A DNA stretch of 64,000 nt, from the NCBI GenBank assembly GCA_964516745.1, contig CAZEYD010000004.1, forward strand, positions 7,972 through 71,971. The letters are read 5' to 3'. How positions within the stretch are numbered: position 1 is the stretch's first letter; every line of letters starts with the position of its first letter. Positions 29,801 through 36,895 of this stretch are shown piece by piece. Both the position numbers and the translations under genes were made by a program. This DNA comes from Candidatus Woesearchaeota archaeon. GTDB taxonomy: Archaea > Nanobdellota > Nanobdellia > Pacearchaeales > GW2011-AR1. Below the pieces are notes generated by a model. That model was not told where the DNA came from. It did not search any database and was given only the letters and a program-made list of their open reading frames with translations.

Positions 29801-32463
29801 TTGTAAATAATACATTTTGTAGCATGACTAATGTTAGTGGTTCTGGTTTTGAAAACATTGGTGGATTAGTTGGTTATAATGATGCTGTGGTTTTGAGTTC
29901 ATACTTTGTGAATGGTAGTGTTAGTGGTAGTAGTAATGTTGGTGGTTTAGTGGGCTATAATAATAATACTATAAATAAATCTTATGTGATTGGTAGTTCT
30001 ACTCATAATATTATTGGAATGGATAAATCTGGTGGCCTAGTTGGACGTAATAATTATTTGATAGAAAATTCTTATTTCAATGGTGCAATTAGTGGACAGA
30101 ATTATACTGGTGGTTTGGTAGGGTATAATGTAGGTAATATTAGTGATTCTTATAGTGCTGGTAATGTTAATGATAGTTTAAATTATATTGGTGGTTTGGT
30201 AGGTTATAACATAGGTTTGGTTTCAAGCAGTTTTACAGTGAGTTTAATAGAATCACGAATTCAAACTTACAAAAGTGGTTTAATAGGTTATAATGTAGGT
30301 TCTATTATAGATTCATATTGGTATAATATAGATTTCTCAGATCCTGATTGGTGTTATTTTAATGTTACGGAAGAGAGTGATATAAATTGTACTGCAAAAA
30401 CAGATATATCTTATTTTAATGATTTCACAAATTTTCCAATGAATTATAGTGGCGATGGTTGGGATTTTGTAAATGCCTGGAGTTATTATGGTGAAGGGGA
30501 ATCCTTGCCTGTTTCTACAAATGAATATGGATGTTCTTTGGATAGACATTGTCCTTTGACTAGTAATTGTATAGACACAGTTTGTGTTAATACCGTTCCT
30601 GTCTTGACTTTTGGTGGAGATACTCCAAACAATAGTGAAATTTTAAATTTGAGCTTAGTTAATTTATCAATAGATGTTAGTATTGTAAGTCCTAAGTTGA
30701 GCTATGTTAATTATACCTTGAGCACAGATGCCTTTGCTTGTAATTTGTTTGGTAGTTGTTTTAGCTTTTTTAATCCTACGGGGAGTGTTGCTGCTTCGAA
30801 TAGAATTTTCGAAGTTAATTTTGATATAGATGGCGATATAAACAATTCGGTGAATAGTAGTATGAATGTAACAAATAACAACTCTGTTTTTTTAAGTTCT
30901 GCTAAATATGAAGGAGGTCGGAGTTTTAATGGTGTGAATACAAGCTTGAATTATTCTTCATTGCTGATTCCATATAATGAGAACTTATCTGTTTTTTCTT
31001 GGATTTATTGGGCGAGTGGTTCTTTCCCTGTGATAGGTGAATTTTATAATTCTAGTACAGAAGAATGGGGCTTGGCAGTTAATGGTTCTGGAAATGTTGT
31101 TTATTATCAATATGATACTTCTGATTCTTCAATTTTAAGTGATTCTTCAATTGTTGCAAATAGATGGAATCATATTGGTGTTGTTAGAAATAATAGTTTA
31201 GTTAAATTGTATATTAATGGTATTGAAGTAAATGTGAGTTCTAATGAATCAGTTGATGGTGTTGATAGCATTTCTCAATTAACTATTGGTTTTTTGGACG
31301 GAGATTATGCTAATGGTTCTTTAGATGAAATTGTAATCTTTAATAAAACTTTAAGTGATGATGAAGTAAGAGATTTATATACAACAGGTTTAGAAATGAA
31401 TAGTCAATCAAATTGGAACCTTAATATTACTAAAACTTCGGTAGAATTACCGAATAATAATTATCCTTATACAATTACTGCTTGTAATGATAGGGGAACA
31501 AGTGGAGTTTCTTGTAGCAATATAACTCAATCTGTAACGATTAAAACAACTTCTACTTCGGTTGCGCCAGTTACTGATCCTGCAACAGGTGGCGGTGGCG
31601 GTGGTGGCGGTGGCGGTGGCGGTAGTTCTTCTGTCACTTATCCTATTAATAGTACTGAATTTAGTGCTGGTAAGTCTATTGTTATGAGTGAAGGAGATTA
31701 TGCTAGAATGACTGTTGGTGGAACAACTTATAATTTTAAATTATATGATATTCTTAACACCTCTATAAAATTAAAATTACCAAATGGCTCTCTTAGCGAA
31801 ATTAGCTTTGCCGCAACAAAGAAATATGATTTAGATAGTAATAATTATTATGATGTTTCTGTTAAAGTTACTGGATTAAATACGACTGTCGGAACATTGT
31901 TCTTTAAATCTGATTCTAGTGTAGTTTCTGTTGCTCCTTCAGATCCAACAACAGACCCTGCAACAGGTGACGATGATGATGACGATGATGACAGTTATAT
32001 TAATCAGGGGACACCTACAACTACTGTTCCAGGCAAAGATGGCAATATGACATTTATTTGGATTGGTTTAGCACTTGGAGTATTGTTTATTATTATTGTT
32101 ATTGTATTGTTTCTTGGTGTAAAGAAAAAGAAAATAAATGCATTAAAAAAGAATAAAGTTCAACCGGCTACGCCTGTTGTGTCGAATGCATATTCCAAAC
32201 AACCAATTACACAAATGCCTGGGAATAGACCACCTATGCAACGTAATATGGGTCAACCTGTGTTTAATAACGATAGAGCATTGTCTCAAGAAATTAATGG
32301 TTTATTAATGAATGCTAATGCAAAGTTAAGGCAAGGCGATATTAATGGTGCTAAGATGGTTTATAGGCAAATTAATGAGAAATATAATAAGATTGAGAAA
32401 CATGATGAAGGTCTCTATCAGAAGATATTGAAGTTTACTAGTGAATTAAAAGGTAAACAATAA
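26863..32463 (+). CDS. giant cell-surface protein (1866 aa): signal peptide, >20 GLUG-type repeats (GGLVGY), LamG/ConA-like lectin domains, poly-Gly and poly-Asp linkers, C-terminal TM anchor and Pro/Gln-rich cytoplasmic tail
   Basis: N-terminal TM/signal. A recurring ~20-aa unit x(N/S)YVGGLVGY...S(Y/F)xxGxV. LamG-like motifs (DEVRFYNKSLSASEISGLY, LDEIVIFNKTLSDDEVRDLY). TM FIWIGLALGVLFIIIVIVLFLGV near the C-terminus. Confidence 0.6.
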   Translation: MKEVNYRFIGFISIVLLLGIVLFFVGLKYTGHAVVGYEDYIEIHNCTEFQNISADLSANYILNNSFSCSGINPFTPIGNISKGFYGELYGNGNIISDITVSNINNYAGIFAIVEDEFNISNLIISNIVINGDESVGGLIGYILSGSSGSINDISLVNVTVNGSNYVGGLVGYYDTSSDLNNIDAVGMNITGMKAGQKGVGGLVGYMKTSSLTSSSFSGNVTSDTNAVGGLVGYYSGEGMINASYTIDANINGENNTGGLVGLFDDASSDGILNSYSSGTVNGSYFVGGLIGDLDVSGVYGIRRSYSNASVTGHDYVGGLVGEANEPVTSSYFNGTVDGNMFIGGLVGYNVATLSSSYSVGNVTGTSNNTGGLVGSNYGTVSDSYSEMIVDGISQTGGLVGFNNHTVKNSFFSGNVTSDEDCTAGIVGLHNTSDIENDLNRLYWINNTDNTNNCYYNLNCSNNVTRGGCTPQENLSYFFNYDNEPMDLDRSLTGWDFSIWTGVYNGISLLKFLWQAECLVNSDCSTGLSCVDLFCEDTTPVLSVLDGSPEDGDVLIISSDDTIINVSISSLKLDHININWNSTIHSCSVVRGYCDNLFNDRENYADGLKYLLSFDSLTEVGYDFVSGERIGVPEGGATKILQGGRYDSGLEFSGSDNDNKFVIGSGFSGNYFSDNFSTVFWIKPSVVGDTNDLILSKKNGAEIDYEFILVNNSGDYQVQFRLYNSSTNYVEVSKAVELNKWNYIVGQYDSSGNKISLSVNDNFTVNESVFNGRKTQPNYEIILGYNDTKGMSGSVLDEVRFYNKSLSASEISGLYYMDFTKVDSGNWLYTFSDMLSSGSYDYQIEAYDEVSKSGTFDKISFSVSSFCGGTGTDIDPYQICNCNSLNQVRDFLNKSFILNSSINCFGFGFDSIGSETGAFDGTFNGSDYEIGNLSVSDVSKEYVSLFGYINSSGNVFDLIVSDSFFNGSNYTACVAGYSKGIVNNTFCSMTNVSGSGFENIGGLVGYNDAVVLSSYFVNGSVSGSSNVGGLVGYNNNTINKSYVIGSSTHNIIGMDKSGGLVGRNNYLIENSYFNGAISGQNYTGGLVGYNVGNISDSYSAGNVNDSLNYIGGLVGYNIGLVSSSFTVSLIESRIQTYKSGLIGYNVGSIIDSYWYNIDFSDPDWCYFNVTEESDINCTAKTDISYFNDFTNFPMNYSGDGWDFVNAWSYYGEGESLPVSTNEYGCSLDRHCPLTSNCIDTVCVNTVPVLTFGGDTPNNSEILNLSLVNLSIDVSIVSPKLSYVNYTLSTDAFACNLFGSCFSFFNPTGSVAASNRIFEVNFDIDGDINNSVNSSMNVTNNNSVFLSSAKYEGGRSFNGVNTSLNYSSLLIPYNENLSVFSWIYWASGSFPVIGEFYNSSTEEWGLAVNGSGNVVYYQYDTSDSSILSDSSIVANRWNHIGVVRNNSLVKLYINGIEVNVSSNESVDGVDSISQLTIGFLDGDYANGSLDEIVIFNKTLSDDEVRDLYTTGLEMNSQSNWNLNITKTSVELPNNNYPYTITACNDRGTSGVSCSNITQSVTIKTTSTSVAPVTDPATGGGGGGGGGGGGSSSVTYPINSTEFSAGKSIVMSEGDYARMTVGGTTYNFKLYDILNTSIKLKLPNGSLSEISFAATKKYDLDSNNYYDVSVKVTGLNTTVGTLFFKSDSSVVSVAPSDPTTDPATGDDDDDDDDSYINQGTPTTTVPGKDGNMTFIWIGLALGVLFIIIVIVLFLGVKKKKINALKKNKVQPATPVVSNAYSKQPITQMPGNRPPMQRNMGQPVFNNDRALSQEINGLLMNANAKLRQGDINGAKMVYRQINEKYNKIEKHDEGLYQKILKFTSELKGKQ
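31588..31623 (+). repeat. (GGY)12 microsatellite encoding Gly12 inside the giant surface protein
   Basis: ggtggcggtggcggtggtggcggtggcggtggcggt is a GC-only 36-nt tract in an otherwise AT-rich gene. Confidence 0.9.
31969..31992 (+). repeat. (GAY)8 microsatellite encoding Asp8 inside the giant surface protein
   Basis: The tract gacgatgatgatgacgatgatgac. Confidence 0.9.
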
Positions 32464-32526
32464 TTTTGAATTTTTATATTATATTCTTTCCATAAACCTT
32501 ATAAAATTTAATGTTCTTATTTTTGT

Positions 32527-32886
32527 ATGCCACATCAATGTGTTCATTGTTCAAGAATCATTCCTGTTGGGAGTGATGAAATATTAAAGGGTTGTAATAA
32601 TTGTAATGGTAAATTCTTTTTTTATATTAGGGATGAACAAGTTAAGAAAATTCAAGAAAAGAATAATGTTGTTTTGCCTGAATTAGATGATATAAATAAA
32701 CAAAAAGTGGAAGAAGATGTTAGAAGTATTTTAAAAATTGAAGATGAAAATCAGCCAGTGATTCTAGATATCGAATCGGTTAGATTGGTGGGAACAGGAA
32801 AATACGAAATAGATTTAGTTTCTTTAATTAATCGGAAACCAATTGTATTTAAGATAGAAGAAGGAAAATATTTAATAGATTTTTAA
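32527..32886 (+). CDS. small Zn-ribbon protein (CxxC...CxxC at N-terminus), archaeal DUF2072-like
   Basis: MPHQCVHCSRIIPVGSDEILKGCNNCNGKFFFY places two CxxC pairs in the first 30 aa. 119 aa. Confidence 0.45.
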   Translation: MPHQCVHCSRIIPVGSDEILKGCNNCNGKFFFYIRDEQVKKIQEKNNVVLPELDDINKQKVEEDVRSILKIEDENQPVILDIESVRLVGTGKYEIDLVSLINRKPIVFKIEEGKYLIDF

Positions 32887-32929
32887 TGGATGAAGGTAGT
32901 TTAATAAAGGGTATTTGGTAATTAATATT

Positions 32930-34171
32930 ATGAGGTTGAACAAAGTCCTTGAAGAACAATTGGGTAAAATCAGCTTATCTGATGATGAAATAAAGAATTT
33001 TAGGAAGATTGCTAATAGTTTTATTAAAAAATTAAAGAAGAAAGGTGTTAAAGTATTTATTGGCGGTAGTTTTGCAAAAGGAACAGCCGTAAAAAAGGAT
33101 TCCTTACAGGATATAGATATTTTTGTTATGTTTGATAAAGAAAGTGATACTAAAAAATTAGGAGCTTTATTGAAAGGGATAGATGTTGGTGGTTATTTAC
33201 GTAAGGTTCATGGTTCCAGAGATTATTATCAGGTAGTTATGCCTGAAGTTATTTTGGAGCTTATTCCTGTTGTTAAGAATATCGATCCTGCTAAGGCTAA
33301 TAATGTTACTGATGTTAGTATGTTGCATGTTGATTATGTTGTGAAAAAGTTAAAAGAAAACCCTGTTTTAAATAATGAAATTAAATTGGCTAAGAGTTTT
33401 GTCAGAGCAAATAAATGTTATGGTGCGGAGAGTTATATTAAGGGGTTTTCTGGTTATTCCTTAGAGTTGCTTGTAATTTATTTTGGTGGATTTGTGAATT
33501 TTTTGAAAAAAATAAGTAAAGTTGATGTTTTGGATCCCGAGAAATATTTTTCTGGTAAGAAGCAGATTATGATGGAGTTAAATTCTTCTAAGTTGCAAAG
33601 TCCTATTGTTGTTGTTGATCCGACGTATAAATATAGGAATGTTTGTGCTGGTTTAGGTATTGAAACTTTTTCTAAATTTATTAAAATTGCTCAAGCTTTT
33701 TTACAAAATCCAAATTCGGATTTTTTCGAATTCAAGAATATTGATATATTGGAATTAAGGAAAATTGCAGAAAAAAATAAAGCTAGATATGTTGAAATAG
33801 AATTTACTACAGATAAACAAGAGGGAGATGTTGCTGGTTCTAAGATGAAAAAATATTTTGATTTTATTATTAAAGAGTTTGAGAGAAATGGACAAACGGT
33901 GTTCTATACAGATTTTTATTATTTAGGTTATGGGAAATCGAGCAAAGGATATATTATTGTTATTGAAAAATTTGTTATTGAAAGAGAGGGACCTCCTGTT
34001 AATTTGATTGAACAGGTTGATAAATTTAGAAAATTGCATGGCGTCAATATTGTTGAGAAGAAAGGTGTTTTGTATGTTAAGGTAGAAATAAGTTTGAATA
34101 ATCTTTTAATGAAGATTAAAAAGTTCGAAAAAGAGATGTTTGTTAAAATAAATAGATTAATTATAGAATAG
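32930..34171 (+). CDS. cca: CCA-adding enzyme (archaeal class I tRNA nucleotidyltransferase)
   Basis: GGSFAKGTAVKKDSLQDIDIFVMF is the class I nucleotidyltransferase G[SG]...D.D motif, with archaeal CCA architecture. The track TTG start is at 32915. Confidence 0.8.
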   Translation: MRLNKVLEEQLGKISLSDDEIKNFRKIANSFIKKLKKKGVKVFIGGSFAKGTAVKKDSLQDIDIFVMFDKESDTKKLGALLKGIDVGGYLRKVHGSRDYYQVVMPEVILELIPVVKNIDPAKANNVTDVSMLHVDYVVKKLKENPVLNNEIKLAKSFVRANKCYGAESYIKGFSGYSLELLVIYFGGFVNFLKKISKVDVLDPEKYFSGKKQIMMELNSSKLQSPIVVVDPTYKYRNVCAGLGIETFSKFIKIAQAFLQNPNSDFFEFKNIDILELRKIAEKNKARYVEIEFTTDKQEGDVAGSKMKKYFDFIIKEFERNGQTVFYTDFYYLGYGKSSKGYIIVIEKFVIEREGPPVNLIEQVDKFRKLHGVNIVEKKGVLYVKVEISLNNLLMKIKKFEKEMFVKINRLIIE

Positions 34172-34511
34172 TTTTTTTATGTATTTTTGTATTTATCTCT
34201 AAAGTAGGAATTTTTATTGCTAATTCTTGATCTTTGGTAAAATCATCTCCATTATAAAAATATTTTTTCATTATGTCCTCATATGCTTGATTAACTTCTT
34301 TTCTTAATCCTGAATCTTCTTTTGGGCAATTAGTTATTATTAATGTTGTTCTAGTTTCATAGCCATCACCATTATCTTCATATGTGATTCCAGAAGAATT
34401 ATTATATTTTTCAGCATATTCTTCAAAAATATTTAAAATGGGAAATAAAAATTTCGGACGTGCGAGGTATGAGATAGAATAATCTGTTTCAAAATGAGAA
34501 TTCGATGGCAT
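34161..34511 (-). CDS. hypothetical protein, coupled downstream of the TrmB-like regulator
   Basis: 1-nt gap to the upstream gene on the minus strand. No motifs. Confidence 0.3.
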   Translation of the reverse strand: MPSNSHFETDYSISYLARPKFLFPILNIFEEYAEKYNNSSGITYEDNGDGYETRTTLIITNCPKEDSGLRKEVNQAYEDIMKKYFYNGDDFTKDQELAIKIPTLEINTKIHKKTIL

Positions 34512-34512
34512 T

Positions 34513-35298
34513 TTATTTTTTTCCCCAAGCTAGTTCGAACATGTATGCTATTGAGTTAGAAAAAAATGGTGAATTTATCCATACACCGTAATCATAATCT
34601 TCATGAACATTTGTTGGTTTCATTGTAAATATTAATTCGCTTTTATCTGCGATTACAAATCGTGCGTTGATTGGTTTGCTTCTTATTTCTATACCAAACT
34701 TTTTAGATAATTTATTTGCCTCTTTCGTGTCTTCTGGAATCATTACTTTGATATTTATTTTTCTTTTTGTTAATGTTGAAAATATTTCTTTAAACATTCT
34801 TGCTTTGTTTAATAATTCATAAGAGGATGATACAAGATAAACTTGTCTTTGTGCACTTTCCATTATATCTCTCATTTGAATGTATAAATTGTTTCTTCCT
34901 TTAATTGATGTAGATAAATCGTTATTTTTTGTTGGTACAATTCCTGAATTATGTAATTCCTCTAATTCTTTATATTCTATCGTATCTTTTAAATTGACTA
35001 ATGTTTTTAATTTTTCTTCTGCCGTATTCATAGTATTATTTTTTAATTTTTCAATAACAGTATTTGGTTTTACTGCAATGTATTTTACAGGTTTTCCTAA
35101 TTTTTGGATTACAAAGCCTTGTTTTTCTAAGCCTTCTAATACATCATAAGTTCTAGATCGTGGAACATTACTTATTTCTGCAATTTCACCAGCTGAAGAA
35201 ACCCCTCTACTTAACAATGCTAGCCAAACCTTTGTTTCATAAATGTTTAAGTCAAAATACCCTTTCAATTTTTTTACTAATTCTTGATTTATTGTCAT
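34513..35298 (-). CDS. TrmB-family transcriptional regulator
   Basis: N-terminal wHTH YETKVWLALLSRGVSSAGEIAEISNVPRSRTYDVLEGLEKQGFV is typical of TrmB. A C-terminal effector domain follows. Confidence 0.7.
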   Translation of the reverse strand: MTINQELVKKLKGYFDLNIYETKVWLALLSRGVSSAGEIAEISNVPRSRTYDVLEGLEKQGFVIQKLGKPVKYIAVKPNTVIEKLKNNTMNTAEEKLKTLVNLKDTIEYKELEELHNSGIVPTKNNDLSTSIKGRNNLYIQMRDIMESAQRQVYLVSSSYELLNKARMFKEIFSTLTKRKINIKVMIPEDTKEANKLSKKFGIEIRSKPINARFVIADKSELIFTMKPTNVHEDYDYGVWINSPFFSNSIAYMFELAWGKK

Positions 35299-35415
35299 AT
35301 TGTTACTACCTTAGTGTTAATAATAATCTATGACTATTTAAATGTTTCGGGGGTGTAACTCCTATCTAAAGATAACAATCGGAAGACTTATATAATGTAG
35401 TTACTATGTAGTGAT

Positions 35416-35895
35416 ATGAAAAAGGTTATTGATTTTGTATTAATATTTATATTGGGTTTTTTTAGCTGTGCGTTTATTCTTTCCTTGGTGTTTTTTCATG
35501 GAAGTGAGGTCCCTTTTGGAAATGGAAATATGGACTTAGAAGAATCTCCTTCAGATTGGATTTTAGAGGAAGATATTATATTATTAGATAATAAGATAAT
35601 TATTAACGTTGACAATGCAAAACTTTCTTCATATAAGCCCACAGGGAGTATGAAGCCTGTTCTTGATAAGGGTGCTAACGGTATAAGGGTTGTTCCGGGT
35701 ATTCCTGAAGAAATAGATGTTGGAGACATTATTTCATTTAATAAGAATGGATTATTGATAGTTCATAGAATTGTTGAAAAGGGTATTGATTCAAAGGGAG
35801 TTTATTTTATTACGAAGGGTGATAATAATAATTTTTCTGATGGTAAAATTCGTTTTGAAAATATTGAATATGTTACTATTGGAATTCTATATTAG
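35416..35895 (+). CDS. signal peptidase I (S26 family, Sec11/SipW-like)
   Basis: N-terminal TM, then TGSMKPVL (catalytic Ser box) and LLIVHRIV (His box). Confidence 0.7.
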   Translation: MKKVIDFVLIFILGFFSCAFILSLVFFHGSEVPFGNGNMDLEESPSDWILEEDIILLDNKIIINVDNAKLSSYKPTGSMKPVLDKGANGIRVVPGIPEEIDVGDIISFNKNGLLIVHRIVEKGIDSKGVYFITKGDNNNFSDGKIRFENIEYVTIGILY

Positions 35896-36893
35896 AAAAA
35901 GATCATTTTCCAGATTAGTAGCATTGTGAATATTCCTGTTGTTATGTAGGGCATTGCTGGATATGGTTTTTTAGGGTCACCAAAAAAGAAAATATATGAA
36001 AGCCCTAGAATTGAACCTAATAAAATAAATAGTGCTGGAATTAGTCCGTGTATTCCAAATAATACTTGTTGTGGAAATGTCCACATAAAAACACCCATAG
36101 TTACTATTGTGAATGCAATATCTCCTCCTCCTAATATTGCTGCTGAAACTTTTATTTTTTTCTTTTGTATTGCAATGTTTGGGATTCTTTTTTCTTTGTA
36201 TTTCTTTTTTAATTTTTTAATTTTTAATTTATCTTTTTTCGAAATATAAGGGATGATTAATCCTCCAAATATTTTTACTTCTTCCATTTCGTATTTAGCG
36301 ATTTTTGTCATGAGTTTGCTTTTCCAGACACCCCAGATATCGTATGTCGATATTAAAACTAATAAGATTAACATTAAAATAATATTGAGGCCAGGTTTGT
36401 TTGGGTTGTAAATTGTCGTTACTAGTATTGTTGCGATACCAGGGTAGATGAATATTTCTGTAAAATTATGAATATATTTGTTTGGTTTGAATACTTTTAA
36501 GAAACCGAAAATTATTCCTGTTGATAATGCTATTGCCCATGTTATATTTTGATTGGATATGTTTAGAAGAAATCCGTTTATTGTTATTCCTATTGCGATT
36601 ATTGTGACAATTAAAAACCAAGTTCTTAGAACTAGTTTTAGTTTGTATTTTAATAATATTGAAATTATAAAAAATGCTAATAAAAAAGTTAGTATTATTG
36701 AGATTGGATTACTTGCGCTTTCATCTTCTAATCCAAATGGTAAATCGGTTGAAGCTAAGCTTGTTGTATTTAGGGTTTGATTGTTTGAAATATTTAATGT
36801 TGGGCTATATGCGTTAATTATGAATATTCCAACTATTTGTATTATGATAAACATTGTTAATAATATTATTGATGTTTTTATGTTGTGTTTCAT
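35892..36893 (-). CDS. presenilin/signal-peptide-peptidase homolog (A22 intramembrane aspartyl protease)
   Basis: Polytopic membrane protein carrying the YD motif (LISTYDIWGVW), GxGD motif (AILGGGDIAF) and PAL motif (GLIPALFIL) in canonical order. Confidence 0.65.
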   Translation of the reverse strand: MKHNIKTSIILLTMFIIIQIVGIFIINAYSPTLNISNNQTLNTTSLASTDLPFGLEDESASNPISIILTFLLAFFIISILLKYKLKLVLRTWFLIVTIIAIGITINGFLLNISNQNITWAIALSTGIIFGFLKVFKPNKYIHNFTEIFIYPGIATILVTTIYNPNKPGLNIILMLILLVLISTYDIWGVWKSKLMTKIAKYEMEEVKIFGGLIIPYISKKDKLKIKKLKKKYKEKRIPNIAIQKKKIKVSAAILGGGDIAFTIVTMGVFMWTFPQQVLFGIHGLIPALFILLGSILGLSYIFFFGDPKKPYPAMPYITTGIFTMLLIWKMIFF

Positions 36894-36895
36894 AG

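Noticed and set aside
31588-31623. The GC-rich (GGY)12 tract as a non-coding regulatory element or G-quadruplex.
   Set aside because: It is in frame within a continuous 1866-aa ORF and simply encodes a Gly12 linker. It is on the coding strand as GGN triplets rather than G-runs separated by loops typical of G4 motifs.
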